From Candidatus Bathyarchaeia archaeon (GTDB lineage: Archaea; Thermoproteota; CALKCG01; B24), in assembly GCA_038870975.1 (NCBI GenBank), contig JAVZJD010000001.1, forward strand, positions 288,001-352,000: a stretch of DNA of 64,000 nucleotides, written 5' to 3'. Of the stretch, positions 38,172 through 46,950 are shown piece after piece. The position numbers were made by a program, and so were the translations under genes. Positions within the stretch are counted from its first letter, which is position 1; each line of letters opens with the position of its first letter. The notes beneath the pieces were generated by a model. That model did no database searches. It had not been told where the DNA came from and was given only the letters and a program-made list of their open reading frames with translations.

Positions 38172-38441
38172 ATGGCTAGAGTTTTAGTCAAATTGAGAAT
38201 CTTCCCTGAAAGCGTAGACCTAGATTTAAAAGAACTTGTAAAACGTATATCTGAACGCCTCCCCGAAAACTCTAAAATCGAAGGGGTCGGTGAAGAGCCC
38301 ATAGCCTTCGGTTTAAACGCTCTCCTATTATTAGTCTCAATACCGGATGAGGAGGGCTTCATGGGCAGAGTTGAAGAAGCCATTAGCACCACTCAAGGCG
38401 TCAACCAAATCCAGATAATATCCGTCGGCAGAACTAGGTGA
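38172..38441 (+). CDS. ef1b: translation elongation factor aEF-1beta
   Basis: IFPESVDLDL, EEPIAFGLNAL. Confidence 0.93.
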   Translation: MARVLVKLRIFPESVDLDLKELVKRISERLPENSKIEGVGEEPIAFGLNALLLLVSIPDEEGFMGRVEEAISTTQGVNQIQIISVGRTR

Positions 38442-38445
38442 GCTT

Positions 38446-38871
38446 TTGCATCTAAAGGTTAATTCCATCCTCATAGACGAGTACAGGTTAAATTGGTCTC
38501 TAAGATACCTTAGAGAGGCTAAAGTAGACTACGAATGTCTAAAGCTTCTCACAGATAGAGAAACCTATACAAGCCTAGGCTCAACGGCCGTTAGAAAAGC
38601 CCAGACGGCAGTACTCTACGCCCTAGCAGAGCCAACGTCAATCTATAACGTAATCGTATCGGTTGTCGATGGGGGCGCTAAAGCAGACGACAGTTTGATC
38701 AACACTTTAGCATCCATGGAGAAGTACATCAGAAACATCGTAGACAACGCATATACATACCCTAGAGAAATATATATCCGACTAGTCGGAGAACAGATAT
38801 CTATAGCTGAGAAGCTTTTAGAGAAAATACTCGAAGTCTACACTGGTGAACGTTTAAATCTAGCTTCATAA
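38446..38871 (+). CDS. hypothetical helical protein, HEPN-like N-terminus without Rx4H
   Basis: WSLRYLREAKVDY...AVRKAQTAVLYAL. Confidence 0.5.
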   Translation: MHLKVNSILIDEYRLNWSLRYLREAKVDYECLKLLTDRETYTSLGSTAVRKAQTAVLYALAEPTSIYNVIVSVVDGGAKADDSLINTLASMEKYIRNIVDNAYTYPREIYIRLVGEQISIAEKLLEKILEVYTGERLNLAS

Positions 38872-38882
38872 AAACTATAATC

Positions 38883-38947
38883 TGGGGATGAAGAGACTGA
38901 CCTGCACAGACAGATTTGAATGACGAGCTGTATCTCCACAGACCCCA
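38883..38947 (+). ncRNA. C/D box methylation-guide sRNA
   Basis: Terminal stem TGGGG/CCCCA; C ATGAAGA, 12-nt guide, D' CAGA, C' ATGACGA, 12-nt guide, D CAGA. Confidence 0.75.
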
Positions 38948-38981
38948 CTATACCAATCTAAGGTTTTAATGGTGTTGACTT

Positions 38982-39260
38982 ATGAAGGTTAAAGTCAGGT
39001 TTCTAGGTTTTCTCGCAAAACTTTACGGGTATGAAGAGACAACAATAGAAGTCTCTGAAAGCTCTACGTTGAGAGAGCTCTTGAAAAAAATAGTTAAACG
39101 GAAGACCAAGTTTAAAAATGCAGTTTTAAAAGGTGAAGACGTAAGAGAGACGATACTAACACTAATCAATCAAAAAGACATAGGAGTTTTAAACGGCTTA
39201 GACACCACGCTTAAAGATGGAGATGAAATAGTTTTCGTACCAATTTCACATGGAGGTTAA
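38982..39260 (+). CDS. MoaD/ThiS ubiquitin-like protein
   Basis: MKVKVRFLG...LKDGDEIVFVPISHGG. Confidence 0.88.
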   Translation: MKVKVRFLGFLAKLYGYEETTIEVSESSTLRELLKKIVKRKTKFKNAVLKGEDVRETILTLINQKDIGVLNGLDTTLKDGDEIVFVPISHGG

Positions 39261-39941
39261 ACGCTCTTCTTCACCCATAGCCCAAGCTATTCCGCCGAGT
39301 ATATGTCTCTGGAAGCATTCACTTCTCCAGAGAGGTGTGAAATGTCCAAAAGCCGTGTAGAATACTCGTCCTTGACCGTATTCATGACACCAGGCTAAAG
39401 CATAGTCGTTATCTGGACGTGTACCCTTGCTCAAATCTACAGAGCTATTGTCAAGCCTTATGAGTACATGAGTTTTATCTCTACTCCAATCTCTAAACGT
39501 GTAGACTTCCTCAAGCACTTTAAACCTCTTAGGGAGATGCTTAGTTGAGGGATGGCTATCATCTTCAACTATTGCGTAAACCTCCTGCGTCCACGGATGC
39601 CCGTTAAAGTATCCACCTATCATCCTACCATACTCAGGGAACTTGTAAAAAGTGTCCGTAGCATTATGTACACCTATAAATCCCCCACCGCTTTCAACGA
39701 AACGTATTAGAGCACTCTTCTGTTCTTCACTCATAGGAAGTTCACCAGTCGTCATAAATAGAACCGCAGCACACGTACTTAGTATTCTATCGTTAAATTC
39801 GAAGCACTCCTCCGTTGCGTATGTCTCGAAAACACCAGTTTTCTCACCAAGTCTTGTTAAAACCTCAACTGCAGTAGTTAAGTAGCTGTGTCTAAATCCT
39901 GCTGAATGCGTTAATACAAACAACCTGTTTTTACGGCTCAT
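39246..39941 (-). CDS. ThuA-like (class I GATase-fold) protein
   Basis: GFRH, GGGFIGVHNA, GGYFNGHP, GRVFYTAFGH. ATG at 39941. Confidence 0.8.
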   Translation of the reverse strand: MSRKNRLFVLTHSAGFRHSYLTTAVEVLTRLGEKTGVFETYATEECFEFNDRILSTCAAVLFMTTGELPMSEEQKSALIRFVESGGGFIGVHNATDTFYKFPEYGRMIGGYFNGHPWTQEVYAIVEDDSHPSTKHLPKRFKVLEEVYTFRDWSRDKTHVLIRLDNSSVDLSKGTRPDNDYALAWCHEYGQGRVFYTAFGHFTPLWRSECFQRHILGGIAWAMGEEERLTSM

Positions 39942-40205
39942 ACAAGTCAGAATTCTAAGTAATATAATAAAAATATTTGCCACACAAGCACCTCTATCCC
40001 TAAAAATGGATAGAACTTGAAATACAATCCATGGTTAAAGCCCATTGGAAAAAAGACGTTTACTATGGAGATTGGTCGACCCTATGAAAGGTCGACGTAT
40101 CGTATGCTATTCAAAACCGGGAATACATTCAGGTGTATCTACTTGATATGGTCACTGGCAATTGAATTTTACAGAATATTAACCTAGTAGCTGATGCGTA
40201 TAAAT

Positions 40206-41387
40206 TTAGTGTTTTTGCTTGGTGATTTCTACAAACTCTTCTACAGATTTCAACATCTTAGGTTTGACTCTTCCAGTAATCGAATATATCTTCTCTACGA
40301 ACTTGCCAATTTCTTCCAAACCAGCTAATACGTTAAATTCTATGGTGAATTTCCTCTCTTCACCCGGTTGAATAAATTGTAGAGTACCCCACTTTCTCTC
40401 TTTATCCCTACCTAAGACTAAGCAATTAGCTGGTTCCAATCCGACTACGTAAGTACCTTCGCCCATCATCTTCCACTCTACGAAGCGGTTTAGCTCCCCC
40501 TTCCTATACTTAATGTAAACCCCTAAACCATCTAGAAGCTTTTCATTAATTATACCAGCATAGGCGTATCCATCGCTGTCCACTTCCATATCATGAAAGT
40601 AAACCTTCTCCCTAAAACCTCTAGTTGGATGTTGAAATCTATCGTATCTCTCAGCTTCTTCCTCGGCATACACATCTCTTGGAACGTAAAGTTTCGACGT
40701 TGAAATCAAGTATGCATTTTCATCTATGAGGGGAAAGCCAAAGTTGAAGTGATATAAAATCATTAAGGGTTGGGCTTCCCAACCCTCGTTCACTACAAGA
40801 TCTTCAATAACCACAGTTTTAGATCCAAGTTTAGACTCAATCCTACGCTTTAAAACAAGGTTTGAGCCAAAAACCTTAGACTCCCTACAGGATCCTTCAA
40901 CGACCATAACGTAGTCTTCCCCATCCCAATAACCTTCAACCCTTGTAAGCCTAGCAGGAATGTAAGATATACGACCATGCAGACCAAGGCTTTCATCCAT
41001 ATCGACTGTGGGCGCTCCAAGATAGGTTAAACCACAAGTCGTAAGAAGCCCTCCGAAGAAGCCCCGAAGCCAGCCGAAACCTTCAGGCTCAAAGAAAGAT
41101 GGAGCGACAAATCCAGTCGGGCTTATCCAAGCTAAAGGTATCCCTTTATACTCCGCATTAGCTATATCTAACCCCCTATCCACAATTATCAATAAATCGA
41201 CTTCTCCAGTCTTCATAGAGGCGATTCTAACGTCACGCTCCATACCATCCTGAGCCTTTAGAAGCCTAACCCCACCTACTTGATCTATGCTTCCCACTCG
41301 TTTAAGCAATTCACCTCGTTTAAAGGATTTACCGTATAGGTAAACCAAACTATAACACCTCCAGTTAAAATAACGTCGAAAAAGCAT
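40206..41387 (-). CDS. aldose 1-epimerase family protein (DUF4432)
   Basis: DRGLDI, GGLLTTCG, LHGRIS, LYHFNFG, YVVGLEP. Likely TTG start at 41348. Confidence 0.85.
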   Translation of the reverse strand: MLFRRYFNWRCYSLVYLYGKSFKRGELLKRVGSIDQVGGVRLLKAQDGMERDVRIASMKTGEVDLLIIVDRGLDIANAEYKGIPLAWISPTGFVAPSFFEPEGFGWLRGFFGGLLTTCGLTYLGAPTVDMDESLGLHGRISYIPARLTRVEGYWDGEDYVMVVEGSCRESKVFGSNLVLKRRIESKLGSKTVVIEDLVVNEGWEAQPLMILYHFNFGFPLIDENAYLISTSKLYVPRDVYAEEEAERYDRFQHPTRGFREKVYFHDMEVDSDGYAYAGIINEKLLDGLGVYIKYRKGELNRFVEWKMMGEGTYVVGLEPANCLVLGRDKERKWGTLQFIQPGEERKFTIEFNVLAGLEEIGKFVEKIYSITGRVKPKMLKSVEEFVEITKQKH

Positions 41388-41504
41388 AAAACTAACTTGT
41401 CTTTAAGCGTATGTAGTCGAGCAAGTCTACTCCAGTCTTCTTAAGTAGTTCATAAAGCGCTTTGAGAGGCAAACCAACTACATTGAAAACACCCAAAATG
41501 TCAT

Positions 41505-42097
41505 ATGTTCATATCCGTGCCAATAGCCAGCGCAAGAGATCAGATGATACTAAAAACAGTCGACATAAGTTTAGGCCCTTACAACCCAGACGAGGTTATA
41601 CGCAGAAGTCTAGAATTATATGGAAGAAATGTTAAATCCGAGGGATTCTATGGCGACGAAAAAGATTACACGTACTCAGACACGCTGGAAAAGCTGACAA
41701 AACCTGTTACACAAATTGAAAATGCCGCAGAAAAATATCCAGCGAAAAAGGCGCCAAAGCAAGAGATACTGGCATAAACGTGCATCTGCAACGAAATTAG
41801 AAAAGATTGGGAGGGCAAAGGCTACAGTGTTGTATGCTCCATAGAACGAGGGCATCCAGACATAGTGGTATCTGATCAAGACGACAAGGTTGTCGAAGTA
41901 ACGGCTGTTAAAACATACAGCCTCGAGATCACAACAGGCAAAGGCTGCCGAAACGTTAAGGGTAAAAAGTATGCCGCAAGCTTTTCCCAAAAAAAAAGGA
42001 CGCAAAAGCAGAATACCAATATGCCTTAAAAAATGGACTAAATAAAATAAAGCTTATAGCAGTAAACCTTAAAACAGAAATAAAATTTAATTTGTAA
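41505..42097 (+). pseudogene. disrupted PD-(D/E)xK nuclease-like gene
   Basis: The frame continues past the TAA at 41775 (WEGKGYSV...GHPDIVVSD...VEVTAVKT), with a frameshift at the A9 run (41989-41997). Confidence 0.55.
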
Positions 42098-42289
42098 TTC
42101 CTCTAACTTATCTTCTTTCCCATGATATTTCTTGTTTTTAGATACGTCTTAGCGCTCTCTTACCTTCACTGGCTATCAGTTGGCAGAACCTTAACATCGT
42201 GATCAGTTCCAAGATAATGTCATATCCTCCTTACATTTCCATCATTGAGAGTGTGGATGGCATAAGCATTATACTTGCCCTTGACTTTC

Positions 42290-42510
42290 CAAGTTAAACA
42301 GCCCTTATCGCGTCCGCTGGCTTCAAAGACCCTTATGTCTAGGCGTTCTGCGCGTATACTGCTTGTTACGAGGAGTGCTTCATCATATCCGTGCGCCAGA
42401 GCCTCTAGTAGTTGCCCTAATCCGCGCAGGATATCGTCGTTATCGCTCTTCAATTTAACCGCAATTCTAATGCCGCGCTCATAAACCTCACCATCAATCA
42501 TACCATTACC
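42290..42510 (-). pseudogene. restriction-endonuclease-like fragment
   Basis: IDGEV...IAVKLKS...RGLGQLLEAL..GYDEALLV (the ExK Glu appears as Lys). Confidence 0.5.
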
Positions 42511-42827
42511 AACGTGAATTCCGCCCTTAGGAAAGAGGACTATAAAGTGATCAGCGAACCGAAGCCAAAACACGTGGAGTTTAGTGAAGTAACATTGATT
42601 AGCGCCCCTCCAAGAAGAAAATATGTTCATTTCTATGGGCTGAAGCATGACGATGATAGGGTGCTCGGTATGGAGATTGTTCGCTCTATCTTAAGGGATA
42701 TTTATGGCGATGCAGGCGTATTTGCTGCGGATTTAGCGTTGGCTAGATCTAGAACTATCAAGATGGATGCTTAAAAAATATATAATAATGTTGGTCAGGG
42801 AGCAATGAATAGTTTAAGTGAAGTAAA

Positions 42828-42983
42828 ATGGAAGTAGAGGGATATAGAGAGAAACTTTCGGTTGTGGAAAAGTATATCCTTATGTTACTTTTATGTTGCA
42901 AACGGAAAGATTAAGGGGAAATTATGGCTCCAAAAGAGATATTTGAACCATCTAAGTCTTTTACAGAATTAGCAGAAGAATAA
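42828..42983 (+). pseudogene. frameshifted winged-helix (SocA/YwgA-like) fragment
   Basis: MEVEGYREKLSVVEKYILMLL/YVANGKIKGKLWLQK/EIFE...LAEE*. Confidence 0.45.
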
Positions 42984-43021
42984 ATGCGGACGTAGAACAT
43001 AAATTTTTAACACTAAATTGA

Positions 43022-43130
43022 TGCGGGGGGTGGGATTTGAACCCACGTAGGGCCTACGCCCACGAGGTTTCTTATTAAAGTCCCTTAGATCTTGAGCCTC
43101 GCGCATTTAACCTGGCTCTGCTACCCCCGC
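43022..43130 (-). tRNA. tRNA-Leu(CAA) with a 22-nt intron at 37/38 (43069-43090)
   Basis: Anticodon arm CGAGG-CTCAAG[intron]A-CCTCG, long variable arm, GTGGG-TTCAAAT-CCCAC. Confidence 0.93.
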
Positions 43131-43292
43131 ATTAAAATCTTACGGTATTGTTCCTCATAAACTTTAATTCTCATACCGTAATGAGTTAAAACAGCTAATA
43201 AAGAATGAAAGTCTCCTCAAAAACAGGAATATTCATCCTCTAACACCTAAAACCTTAAAGAGTCCTATTTCGCATATTTACTGTGTAAATGA

Positions 43293-43787
43293 ATGTCTAA
43301 ACGAGAGAATCTACTCTACAGACTCGCTGAAGTCATAGCCGGTGGAGATGGCGTCAAAATAATTAAGTGTCTCATAGATAATGGAAGCATGAGAGATGAC
43401 GAGCTAGCGTTAACTTTAGGCTTAAAGCCCAATATAGTGAGACGGATCCTATACCAGTTCGCTGAAAACTCTATCGTAACAGTTCAAAGGTTTAGAGATG
43501 AAAAAACAGGCTGGTACTACTTCAAGTGGATAGTCCAATTAGACCAAGTTGAACTCTACCTTGAAGACCAGAGGAGAAAACTCATTAAACGGCTTAAAGA
43601 AAGACTTCAATACGAAAAAAGCCACGAATTCTACTCTTGCCCAAAAGGCTGCACAAGGTTAACGTTTGAAGAAGCCGTCGAGAATAATTTTACCTGTAGT
43701 ACATGCGGCACCTCACTTCAGTATGAAGACAATAAGAAGATCATAAACCGACTGGAAGCCAAAATAAGGGAATTAAGTGAAGATTAG
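43293..43787 (+). CDS. tfe: transcription factor E
   Basis: Winged helix with VRRILY and GWYYFKW; Zn ribbon CPKGC...FTCSTCG. Confidence 0.93.
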   Translation: MSKRENLLYRLAEVIAGGDGVKIIKCLIDNGSMRDDELALTLGLKPNIVRRILYQFAENSIVTVQRFRDEKTGWYYFKWIVQLDQVELYLEDQRRKLIKRLKERLQYEKSHEFYSCPKGCTRLTFEEAVENNFTCSTCGTSLQYEDNKKIINRLEAKIRELSED

Positions 43788-43860
43788 CATTAATACATCA
43801 TACTTAAAACGATGAGCCATTCAAGCAACATACCTGTTAGAATGTAAGGAGTTTATACAT

Positions 43861-44679
43861 ATGTCTGTAGGCAGTAGATACACTGTCAAACTAAACCAGA
43901 GAATATACGGTTCATATGGCTCTAAAGGTTTGAAGGCTTTAGAGAAACTGTTGAACCCCCTGATGAAAGCTCTCAGAATACACATTTCAGATTACCACAT
44001 CGCGTCCAATGGATGGGTGGAAGTCTCACTCGAAGGTGAAAATTTAGAAGCTGGTGTGAATTTAATATCTACGGTAATTGGAATACTTCCAAAAACACAC
44101 CTAGATATATCGAAGGGCTGTATACTGAAATGTAGAATTTTAACGCTAAAACAGGACGGATTATATGTAGACGCGGGATTAAAAAACCTAGCTATAACTG
44201 TTCCAATGAATATTCTAAAGTCTCAACTGTTCAACGGACATAATAAGACTATTGAAGACCTTGAAAGCCTATACATGCTATACATGGATTTTCCAGTTGA
44301 ACTATACGTCAGAGAAATATACGATAATTTGATCACTTGCGCTTTATCTTGGAGATGGCTGAAATGGATCGAGGAAATAGTAACATCTGGCTTCAACCGT
44401 ATATACGTTGCAGGCGTCGACTTGAATACGATCGAAAGTACTCTCAATAGAAAACCATATAGAGACTATGTACTAGATTTTATACGTCTCGGAGTTCTAG
44501 AAACAATACTTCTAATAGACCCTTTGATAAAACCCTACAAACTCTACAACTATATTGGAAAAAATTTAAAGCCGAGTATACTAAAGCTTTCAAAGTTTTC
44601 TAAGCACCTTAGGGAGCTCTCTTACACTTTCCAAGACGAGGCTTGGTTTAATCCCTCTCCACCTTTCCAAATCCCTTAA
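43861..44679 (+). CDS. DUF2110-like protein
   Basis: GWVEVSLEGE, GLYVDAG, RLGVLE; follows tfe. Confidence 0.6.
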   Translation: MSVGSRYTVKLNQRIYGSYGSKGLKALEKLLNPLMKALRIHISDYHIASNGWVEVSLEGENLEAGVNLISTVIGILPKTHLDISKGCILKCRILTLKQDGLYVDAGLKNLAITVPMNILKSQLFNGHNKTIEDLESLYMLYMDFPVELYVREIYDNLITCALSWRWLKWIEEIVTSGFNRIYVAGVDLNTIESTLNRKPYRDYVLDFIRLGVLETILLIDPLIKPYKLYNYIGKNLKPSILKLSKFSKHLRELSYTFQDEAWFNPSPPFQIP

Positions 44680-45381
44680 ACTCGTGGCCCCAGTTAAAAC
44701 AAGCACTGTTAAAGCGTTGATTCTCCAACCTGCCTTCACGTCTGTATCCAATCGATCTCCAACGACGACCGTTTCAAATCCATTGACCCCCAGCTTCCTA
44801 AGGGCAATTCTCATGATTATCGGTGATGGCTTCCCCACGACTAAAGGTCTTCTACCAGTAGCTTTAGATATAGCTGCAACTATTGCTCCAGCACCTGGAA
44901 TTAGCCTGTCTTCGACAGGAACTGTCGGGTCTGTGTTGGTAGCTACGAATCTAGCTCCGCCGTAGATGGCTTGGCATGCATATTTAAGTTTTTCATAGTT
45001 GAAGTCAAAGTCTAAGCATGCCACTACAAATTCCACTTCGGGTTTTTCTCTCAAGTTTAAGACAGTATGTCCCATTCTTCTAAGCTCTTCTTCAAGAGCT
45101 CTTCCTCCAACAGGTAAAACTCTAACCCGACCATACCTTTCGGCAAGATATATTGAAGTGGCTAAGCCCGATGTAAGTACCTCTTCCATCTGACACTTTA
45201 TGCCGAGTTTATTTAGACGGCTCGTATATTCCTCTACGGTCTTCGTAGCGTTGTTGGTCAAAAACATGACCTTAAACCCGATTTCCCTTAATTCTTCCAA
45301 AGCTTCTGAAGCCCCTTCTATGGGAATGTCTCCTCTATACAGACACCCATCTAAGTCAAAGATTACTGCTTTAATCCCCAT
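44590..45381 (-). CDS. HAD-IIA (NagD-like) phosphatase
   Basis: FDLDGC, LTNNA, ATNTD, GKPS, GDRLDTD, VLTG. Confidence 0.92.
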   Translation of the reverse strand: MGIKAVIFDLDGCLYRGDIPIEGASEALEELREIGFKVMFLTNNATKTVEEYTSRLNKLGIKCQMEEVLTSGLATSIYLAERYGRVRVLPVGGRALEEELRRMGHTVLNLREKPEVEFVVACLDFDFNYEKLKYACQAIYGGARFVATNTDPTVPVEDRLIPGAGAIVAAISKATGRRPLVVGKPSPIIMRIALRKLGVNGFETVVVGDRLDTDVKAGWRINALTVLVLTGATSLRDLERWRGIKPSLVLESVRELPKVLRKL

Positions 45382-45450
45382 GTTTTCACCCCTTAAACCT
45401 CGTGGAGTTAAATTTAACAGTATGTTTTTAAAAAATAATAACGTAGGAAT

Positions 45451-46893
45451 TTGTACCCTTGGAAAAGCCTCGACAATGCAATGGTGTTTACGGTATATAC
45501 TAGTGTCAACGATGCTTATGTTCCGCTCATACTAGACTTCATATACGATACTTACGTACTCCCACTTGGAAAACGCATAATACACGTTGAGAAAGCCAGA
45601 GACTTCATTGGGGAATTTTTAAGATTCACTATAGCCTTGGAAAACGGATTTATTAATGTCGAAGTTAGAGCCTTTAAAATATTGGAGTTTACAATATCTT
45701 GGGATGGATTGGTCGATAAGTCCATAGTAAATAGAATTCGAGAAGACCTTATAATCGCTGTTAGAATGTTTGAAGATAACTTCCGAAGGTCTTCAATATT
45801 CCTAACATTCGTAGAGAACAGCAGTCCCATTCCTGAGAGATTTAAAGCTAGAAGCAGAGTTATTGAACGCATATTCACAGACAGTATGATACTCTTCTTC
45901 GCATTCTTCCTAGTAATAAACATGATAATTTTTGCTATAAGTCCATTCTACGCCCCCATAATAATAGTACTTTTCCAGTTCTGCATTCTTCTCTGCTCCC
46001 ACAAGATAATAATGAAGCTCGGAGATTGGAAGATAACGGCTGAGAGCCAAAACGTAACTGTAGTTCAATACCACCTTTTTCCAGACGAGTATAGAATGGT
46101 TTTAGATATGATTAGAGTTAAAGGTAGAGACTGGCTTTACCAAGTTAAGCATGAGATCTACGAGAAGACTTTAGCGCAGAATAGAAGCTTAGACTTGAAT
46201 GTAATAGCTGACGTTTTACATAAGAATGGTATATTCTTCAGACCTGAGGACCTTCAGATCAAAACTATAAACATCTATAGACTCGTCAAAGAAGCCAGTG
46301 AAGAATTCAATTTACCTATGCCACGTGTAGTAATTTCTAATACAATCATACCGAACGCTGCGGCCTCAGGTGTCGGTCCAAAGTTTGGAGTAGTTATGAT
46401 AACAACCGGTCTATTGACAACTCTAGAAGAAGGTGAAATCTACGCCGTGATAAACCACGAACTTAGCCATCTTAAGGGTAGAGACCCAGTTATACTATTC
46501 GCTTTATCTGCTTTCGAATACTTATTCAGGCTCTATGTTCTGCTTCCCATAGCACCTATACTATTCTTCATACCATTCCTATACTTCTTCTTCATAATGA
46601 GCGCCATCTTCTTCGTAGGGAAGTTCCTAGAAGCTAAATCAGACTTAGAAGCAGCTATTAAAACCAGACAGCCCCAGCTGTTAGCAGAGTCTCTTAGAAA
46701 GATAGGTTATAATAGGCTTAGACTTGAAAGATCATCGGAGTTTAGGTTTGAATCTTGGCTTGGATGGGACCCACATCCACCCATTTCATTTAGGATAAAT
46801 AGACTTGAAAACCTTGAAGACTTAGATAGTATAAAGCATCCTCTTTTAAGATCAATCTCCGATGTTATTAAAGGGTTTATAAAGTCCTTTTAA
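45451..46893 (+). CDS. M48 (HtpX-like) membrane metalloprotease with an N-terminal extension
   Basis: PNAAASG, TTGLL, HELSH, EAKSD, HPPISFRI. Confidence 0.85.
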   Translation: MYPWKSLDNAMVFTVYTSVNDAYVPLILDFIYDTYVLPLGKRIIHVEKARDFIGEFLRFTIALENGFINVEVRAFKILEFTISWDGLVDKSIVNRIREDLIIAVRMFEDNFRRSSIFLTFVENSSPIPERFKARSRVIERIFTDSMILFFAFFLVINMIIFAISPFYAPIIIVLFQFCILLCSHKIIMKLGDWKITAESQNVTVVQYHLFPDEYRMVLDMIRVKGRDWLYQVKHEIYEKTLAQNRSLDLNVIADVLHKNGIFFRPEDLQIKTINIYRLVKEASEEFNLPMPRVVISNTIIPNAAASGVGPKFGVVMITTGLLTTLEEGEIYAVINHELSHLKGRDPVILFALSAFEYLFRLYVLLPIAPILFFIPFLYFFFIMSAIFFVGKFLEAKSDLEAAIKTRQPQLLAESLRKIGYNRLRLERSSEFRFESWLGWDPHPPISFRINRLENLEDLDSIKHPLLRSISDVIKGFIKSF

Positions 46894-46950
46894 CCGAATT
46901 CTTAAATATCACGATTGAATGGTTTATGTTGTATTAAAAGGTGGTCTGTG

